Assembly: GCA_038321865.1 (NCBI GenBank)
Contig: JBBQFH010000012.1
Location: 15,044 to 79,043, forward strand
DNA: 64,000 nucleotides
DNA from: Gemmatimonadales bacterium
GTDB taxonomy: Bacteria; Gemmatimonadota; Gemmatimonadetes; Gemmatimonadales; GWC2-71-9
Direction: 5' to 3'
Of the stretch, positions 59,574 to 64,000 are shown one piece after another. The notes under the pieces were generated by a model, which worked only from the letters and a program-made list of their open reading frames with translations, searched no databases and was not told the origin of the DNA. The stretch's first letter is position 1. The number at the start of each line of letters is the position of its first letter. A program made the position numbers and the translations under genes.

Positions 59574-61754
59574 CTACCGCTTGAACACGGCGAACAGGTT
59601 CGAGTAATCGTCGGTCCAGGCCCGTACCCGGGGGTTCACCGCCGGCCGGCTCCAGCCGCGCAACGGCCCCAGCCCCGTCGAATCCGGCGCCAGCACCGCC
59701 CATATCGACCCGGTCAGCCCCTCGGCGCTTGCTTCATCCGTCCGGCGTGGGGCGCGGATGCGTATGCGGGCCGCGACCCCGAGGTCGGCGGCCACCGCCG
59801 CCACCACCGGGCGCAGATCGAGATAGCGGTTGCTGATGTGCAGGGCGAGAATGCCACCCGGTCGAAGCTTTCGGAGGTACAGCTGCACCGCCTCCCGCGT
59901 CATCAGGTGCACCGGCACGGCATCGGAGTTGAAGGCGTCCAGGACGATGAGGTCGTAGGTGCCGTCGGCCGCTTCGGCCAGCCGGATGCGGCCGTCGCCC
60001 AGGATGACGCTGACCCGCGCCGGCGAAATCGCCAGGTAGGTGAACCACCGCCCGTCTCTCGCCAGTCGTACCATCTCGGGATCGATCTCGTAGAAGTCGA
60101 ACTGGTCGCCGGGCCTGCCGTAGGCGGAGAGCGCGCCGGTGCCGAGGCCCACGACTGCGACGCGAACCGGAACTGGTGGCGGCGGCAGTGCCCGGAAGAT
60201 ATCGGCCACCGGTCCCAACCAGTGGTAGTAGGTGAGCGGCTCTGCGCGCCGGGCCGGATCCTTGAACTGGCTGCCGTGCGTCGTCCCACCGTGCATCAGC
60301 GTCAGGGTCACACCGTCATCCCGCACCCGCCGCGCCCCGTAGAAATTTCGGACGGCGTACACGGTGTTGCCAAACCAGCTGGACACCAGGGGTCCCGCGA
60401 TCAGGAGCAACGCCACGCCGACGGCCAGATGGCGCGGACGCCGGCGGCTCGCGAAGAGCATGATCGCAACGAGCGCCGTCGCGATGAGCGAGGGCAGTGC
60501 GGCGCTGAGCTCCGTCTGGCGAAATGAACCGGTGGAGGCCGCGCGAAGCGTCGCGGTGAGCAGCAGGATGACGAGCGACGCGAGCAGCAGCATATCCACC
60601 ACCGTCACGCGACGCTCGGACGTCGCCGGCGCAGGTGGCCTGAGCATGCAGGCCGCGACCAGGAGCCAGCCGTACTCCGCGATCGACCTGAAGACCAGCG
60701 GCGCGACGATCGCGCTGAACACGCCGCCGACCACGCCGCCCACTGACATCCAGAGGTAGAACGCGGTGAGGTTCGAGGCCGCGGGCCTGAGCCGGGCGAG
60801 CTCTCCGTGGCAGACCATCGCCGTCACCAGCAGCCCCAGCAGGTGGATCGCCATGAACTGCGGCGTCGCCGAGGTCTTGCCCCAGAAGACCAGCGCCGCC
60901 GCGAGGATGAGCATCGGCACCTGGATCCGCAGCCAGAACGTATGGCTGGGCCACCGGCGCCGGGAGAAGACGAGCACGAAGCTGAGGAGGTAGAGCGCCA
61001 GCGGGATGATCCAGAGGAGCGGCACCGGTGCGATGTCGGTCGTGAGATAGGTGGTCAGCGCCAGCATCATCCCCGAGGGCACGGCGGCGAGCGCGATCCA
61101 GCGGAGCACGGTGCGCCGGGCCGGACGATCGGCCGCGCGGGCGGTGGGCTGGAGCGCCACCGGCGCACTGCGCGTCATCAGCCACGCACATCCGGCGATC
61201 AGCACGATGAGCACGCCGTATCCGACGCTCCACAGCGCGCGCTGGTCCACCAGCCGGAGCCATGGCTCGAAGACGAACGGATAGCTCAGCAGCGCGAGCA
61301 GGCTGCCCGCGTTGCTGGCGGAGTAGAGAAAGTACGGATCGGCCGAGCCCGGCCGTCCCGTCTCCGCGAACCAGCGCTGCAGCAGCGGGCCGGTGGTCGA
61401 GAGAAAGAAAAACGGCAGCGCGATCGATACCGTGAGCAGGAGCAACAGCCAGCCCACCGGCTCCGCTCCCGGCGGCAGCGATCCGGCGCGGAGCCGGATC
61501 GGAAGCGCCAGCGCCGTCAGCGCCAGCAGTCCCACGTGAGTCCAGGCATGCCGCCGCACGCCGAGGCGCGTGGAGGCAAGGTGGGAGTAGAGGTAACCCC
61601 CGAGCAGGGTGATCTGGAAGAAGACGATGCACGTGTTCCACACGAAGGCGCCGCCGCCCATGAGCGGCAGCACCATCTTGGTGAACATCGGCTGGATGAG
61701 AAAGAGGAGAAACGCGCTCACGAAGAGTGTCAGCGCGAAGGCGGCTGCGATCAC
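59574..61754 (-). CDS. Fused membrane permease / spermidine-synthase-like methyltransferase domain protein
   Basis: Many TMs, then HGGTTHG, LTYY, VVGLGTG, YEIDP, GDGR, IVLDAF, HISNR, WTDDYSN. Confidence 0.9.
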   Translation of the reverse strand: MIAAAFALTLFVSAFLLFLIQPMFTKMVLPLMGGGAFVWNTCIVFFQITLLGGYLYSHLASTRLGVRRHAWTHVGLLALTALALPIRLRAGSLPPGAEPVGWLLLLLTVSIALPFFFLSTTGPLLQRWFAETGRPGSADPYFLYSASNAGSLLALLSYPFVFEPWLRLVDQRALWSVGYGVLIVLIAGCAWLMTRSAPVALQPTARAADRPARRTVLRWIALAAVPSGMMLALTTYLTTDIAPVPLLWIIPLALYLLSFVLVFSRRRWPSHTFWLRIQVPMLILAAALVFWGKTSATPQFMAIHLLGLLVTAMVCHGELARLRPAASNLTAFYLWMSVGGVVGGVFSAIVAPLVFRSIAEYGWLLVAACMLRPPAPATSERRVTVVDMLLLASLVILLLTATLRAASTGSFRQTELSAALPSLIATALVAIMLFASRRRPRHLAVGVALLLIAGPLVSSWFGNTVYAVRNFYGARRVRDDGVTLTLMHGGTTHGSQFKDPARRAEPLTYYHWLGPVADIFRALPPPPVPVRVAVVGLGTGALSAYGRPGDQFDFYEIDPEMVRLARDGRWFTYLAISPARVSVILGDGRIRLAEAADGTYDLIVLDAFNSDAVPVHLMTREAVQLYLRKLRPGGILALHISNRYLDLRPVVAAVAADLGVAARIRIRAPRRTDEASAEGLTGSIWAVLAPDSTGLGPLRGWSRPAVNPRVRAWTDDYSNLFAVFKR

Positions 61755-63211
61755 ACGGCTCCCTTCCGTCTCCAGACGCGGTATCCGGCCACGACTTCAC
61801 CGGGGCGGTAGGCGGACAGCAGACGGCGCCATTCGGCCGACCGCGCCAGATAGGACGAGATGTCGACGCCCGACACGCTCAGCAGGAGGACGTCCGGCTC
61901 TTTCGCCGGGAGCAGACTGGCCCGCAGCACCGAATCGCGGGCCGCCCAGTCCGGTACTCCCCGTACCCGCTCGGCTCCGCCGCTCACCGCAAGCCACCAG
62001 AGATCATACTGCGGTGAGAGCCAGGGACGCCCGCGCTCGCTGGTGAGCAGCCAGGCATCGTCCGCCGTACTGCTGAGCGTGAGCACGCTCCCGCTGCCGG
62101 CGGCGCGCCCGAGCGCGTCGGCGTTGCGCCAGTGTGCGCTACCGCCATCGACCAGCATGAACGCCAGGTACGCGAGCCAGGACGCCGCCACCGGCATCAC
62201 CAGTGCGCGCCGTGTCGCCCGCCCGGCATGGGTGAGAAGCAGCACGGCCAGGGCGACGGCGGGCCAGTAATGGTAGGGAAACGCCTTACCCTGCCCGACG
62301 GCGCCGACCCACGCCGACGCGGTCCCCACCCAGAGCACCGCCCCGAGCGCCGAGCGCCACGCCGCGCGAATCGTCAGCAGCAGTCCGCCGAGCGGCAGCA
62401 GGGCAAAGGGGTTGCCCGCCATCACGAACCACCATGAACGGTGAAAGTAGCGCCAGTAGAGATCCGACCAGCCGCGAAGGAAGGCGGGATACGCGGTCTG
62501 TTGCACCAGCACCAGATAAAGAATTCCCAGCGCCGGGACGACCCAGAACTCGGGCCAACGCCAGAACGGCCTCAGAGGACGCCCCTGCTCGCGCGGTCCC
62601 CAGCGCCACAGCGCGGCGGATCCGGCCCACCAGCCGATGTAGAACGGCTTCAATGCGATGCCGAATGCGAGCACCGCTCCGGCCAGCAAAGCAGGCAAAA
62701 GCGGCACCTCGAACCCTCCCTGGCGGACGGCGAGCAACGCCAACCACGGTACCGCCGCGGCGAGAATGAACTGCTCGCGCTGCCCGAAGAATGGGCCGGC
62801 CAGCGCAACCGCGACGACACCAGCCGCCACGCCGACACCGACGGCCGGAGTGGGCGGATCCTCCCAGGAGCGCCAGATCACCGCGGCGAGCGCGACGCAT
62901 GCGGTCGACGAGACCAGCACCATCGCGACGAAAATTGGCTTGACCGGCCAGCCGGTGAGTTCCGACAACATCACCGGCGGGAGATGCAGCCAGTGCGAGA
63001 GCGGGGGATTCACCTGCACGATGTCCCGGTAGACGACGGCGCCCTGCAGTGACCGGTGCGCGACCCACAGCAGCCACGCCGTGTCACTGGGCATCGGGGT
63101 GCGCAAGGCGAGCACGAAGGCGAACGCAATGCAGGCAACTCCGCCCGCGATGAGCGCGCCAGCCGAACGCCCGGCACCGACGAGTCGCCCCGCGGCCTCG
63201 TCGTCAACCAT
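61751..63211 (-). CDS. Multi-pass membrane protein, putative GT-C glycosyltransferase
   Basis: SDTAW..VYRDIVQVNPP, FGQREQF, ALKPF, QGKAFPYH; paralog of 56719-58320. Confidence 0.7.
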   Translation of the reverse strand: MVDDEAAGRLVGAGRSAGALIAGGVACIAFAFVLALRTPMPSDTAWLLWVAHRSLQGAVVYRDIVQVNPPLSHWLHLPPVMLSELTGWPVKPIFVAMVLVSSTACVALAAVIWRSWEDPPTPAVGVGVAAGVVAVALAGPFFGQREQFILAAAVPWLALLAVRQGGFEVPLLPALLAGAVLAFGIALKPFYIGWWAGSAALWRWGPREQGRPLRPFWRWPEFWVVPALGILYLVLVQQTAYPAFLRGWSDLYWRYFHRSWWFVMAGNPFALLPLGGLLLTIRAAWRSALGAVLWVGTASAWVGAVGQGKAFPYHYWPAVALAVLLLTHAGRATRRALVMPVAASWLAYLAFMLVDGGSAHWRNADALGRAAGSGSVLTLSSTADDAWLLTSERGRPWLSPQYDLWWLAVSGGAERVRGVPDWAARDSVLRASLLPAKEPDVLLLSVSGVDISSYLARSAEWRRLLSAYRPGEVVAGYRVWRRKGAV

Positions 63212-64000
63212 CTCCTCGCTCCTGCTCCCTTCCCTGCCAGAACACCAGCACCAGCGCCGGGAGATAGATGAACCCCAGCACGAACGGCGCGGCCGCGGGC
63301 ACGTAGCGCATCCCCTGGCTTAGCGACTGATAGAACGCCCCATATCCAACAAGACTCATCCCCGACAGCGCCGTCGTCTGCTGCCGCGTCCGCGGGATCA
63401 GCCAGAGCGGCAGCTGGTCGGCGAAGAAGAGGAGCTGCGGCACCGCCGCCATCGCCAGCAGCAGCCGCGCCTCGGGCCGCCGCCAGCGCAGCAGCGCCAG
63501 CCAGATGAACGACCCGCCCAACGTAAAGAGCGGCGGTGGATGTCCCTCGAGCGTCCGGAGGTTTCGGATCCAGTCGAACGGCCAGCTCGGCAGTGCCGCG
63601 AGCGAAACCACCAGCGCGATGCCCGCCAGCGCGATGCCGAGGCGTGTCGGGCGGTAGGCAAAGGCCGCCAAACCGAGGTTGGGCTTGAGCACCGCGAGGA
63701 ACCCCGCCGCGGGCACCAGCGCGCCCACCACGATGAGCGGCGACCACTGTCCCTGGCTTGCCGCCATCACGAACGCCGCGCTGGCGAAGATTCCCCAGCG
63801 CCACGACGGCAGCACCCAGGCGAGGACCGCCGCCGAAATACCCACCGCCATGCCCGCGGCCACCGCCAGCGGCAGCCAGGACACGGCCACGGCGGCGAGC
63901 ACCGTCGGCAGCGGATAGTAGAGCGGGTCGGGAACCGGGGTGGGAAATCCGTGGTAGGGATTGCCGCCGCCCAGCAGTATCCGGGCGCTTGACCAGAAAA
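63204..64000 (-). CDS. GT87/DUF2029-like membrane glycosyltransferase; 5' end beyond the window
   Basis: Frame open to the window edge: FWSSARILLGGGNPY..LYYPLPT, then GQ and LKP motifs with multiple TMs. Confidence 0.65.
   Translation of the reverse strand, partial: FWSSARILLGGGNPYHGFPTPVPDPLYYPLPTVLAAVAVSWLPLAVAAGMAVGISAAVLAWVLPSWRWGIFASAAFVMAASQGQWSPLIVVGALVPAAGFLAVLKPNLGLAAFAYRPTRLGIALAGIALVVSLAALPSWPFDWIRNLRTLEGHPPPLFTLGGSFIWLALLRWRRPEARLLLAMAAVPQLLFFADQLPLWLIPRTRQQTTALSGMSLVGYGAFYQSLSQGMRYVPAAAPFVLGFIYLPALVLVFWQGREQERGDG

Noticed and set aside
1..64000. CRISPR array, tRNA/rRNA, IS or integrase
   Set aside because: No regularly spaced direct repeats, tRNA/rRNA signatures or recombinase/transposase motifs seen by eye; a covariance-model scan was not run
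51137..64000. Ordinary O-antigen or capsule cluster
   Set aside because: No flippase, polymerase, chain-length, ABC export or nucleotide-sugar genes in the window, though the cluster continues past the right edge

Overview
High-GC, gene-dense bacterial chromosome segment; gene content and style suggest Gemmatimonadota (inference only). No rRNA, tRNA, CRISPR array or transposase/integrase was seen. 1-14.3 kb (minus strand): a coupled envelope operon (TamA, TamB, DAG-kinase family, orphan sigma-54 response regulator, 8-Cys microprotein, SH3-NlpC/P60, HAD, CYTH, hypothetical, acpS), then a cytochrome c-FTR1 iron permease with a Fur-like box. 14.5-36 kb: housekeeping genes (partial peptide ABC transporter, dacB, sixA, ferredoxin-NADP reductase, pduO, aroB, short sigma-70 factor, glcDEF, ygfZ, AAA+ ATPase/VWA pair, amidohydrolase, MFS, M48 protease). 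36-50.6 kb (minus strand): a Tad/Flp pilus operon extended by DUF192, a second AAA+ ATPase, a membrane protein and lipoproteins. 51.1-64 kb: a surface-modification island divergent from the flp pilin gene (two polyprenol-phosphate GT2s, at least four GT-C-like membrane proteins, two paralogous methyltransferases, an ICMT-like methyltransferase, a PAP2 protein and a fused permease-spermidine-synthase-like protein). Best candidate for an undescribed system: a Tad pilus coupled to a multi-GT-C pilin/surface glycosylation and tailoring island, possibly under sigma-54 control. All calls come from reading motifs; no database searches were run.
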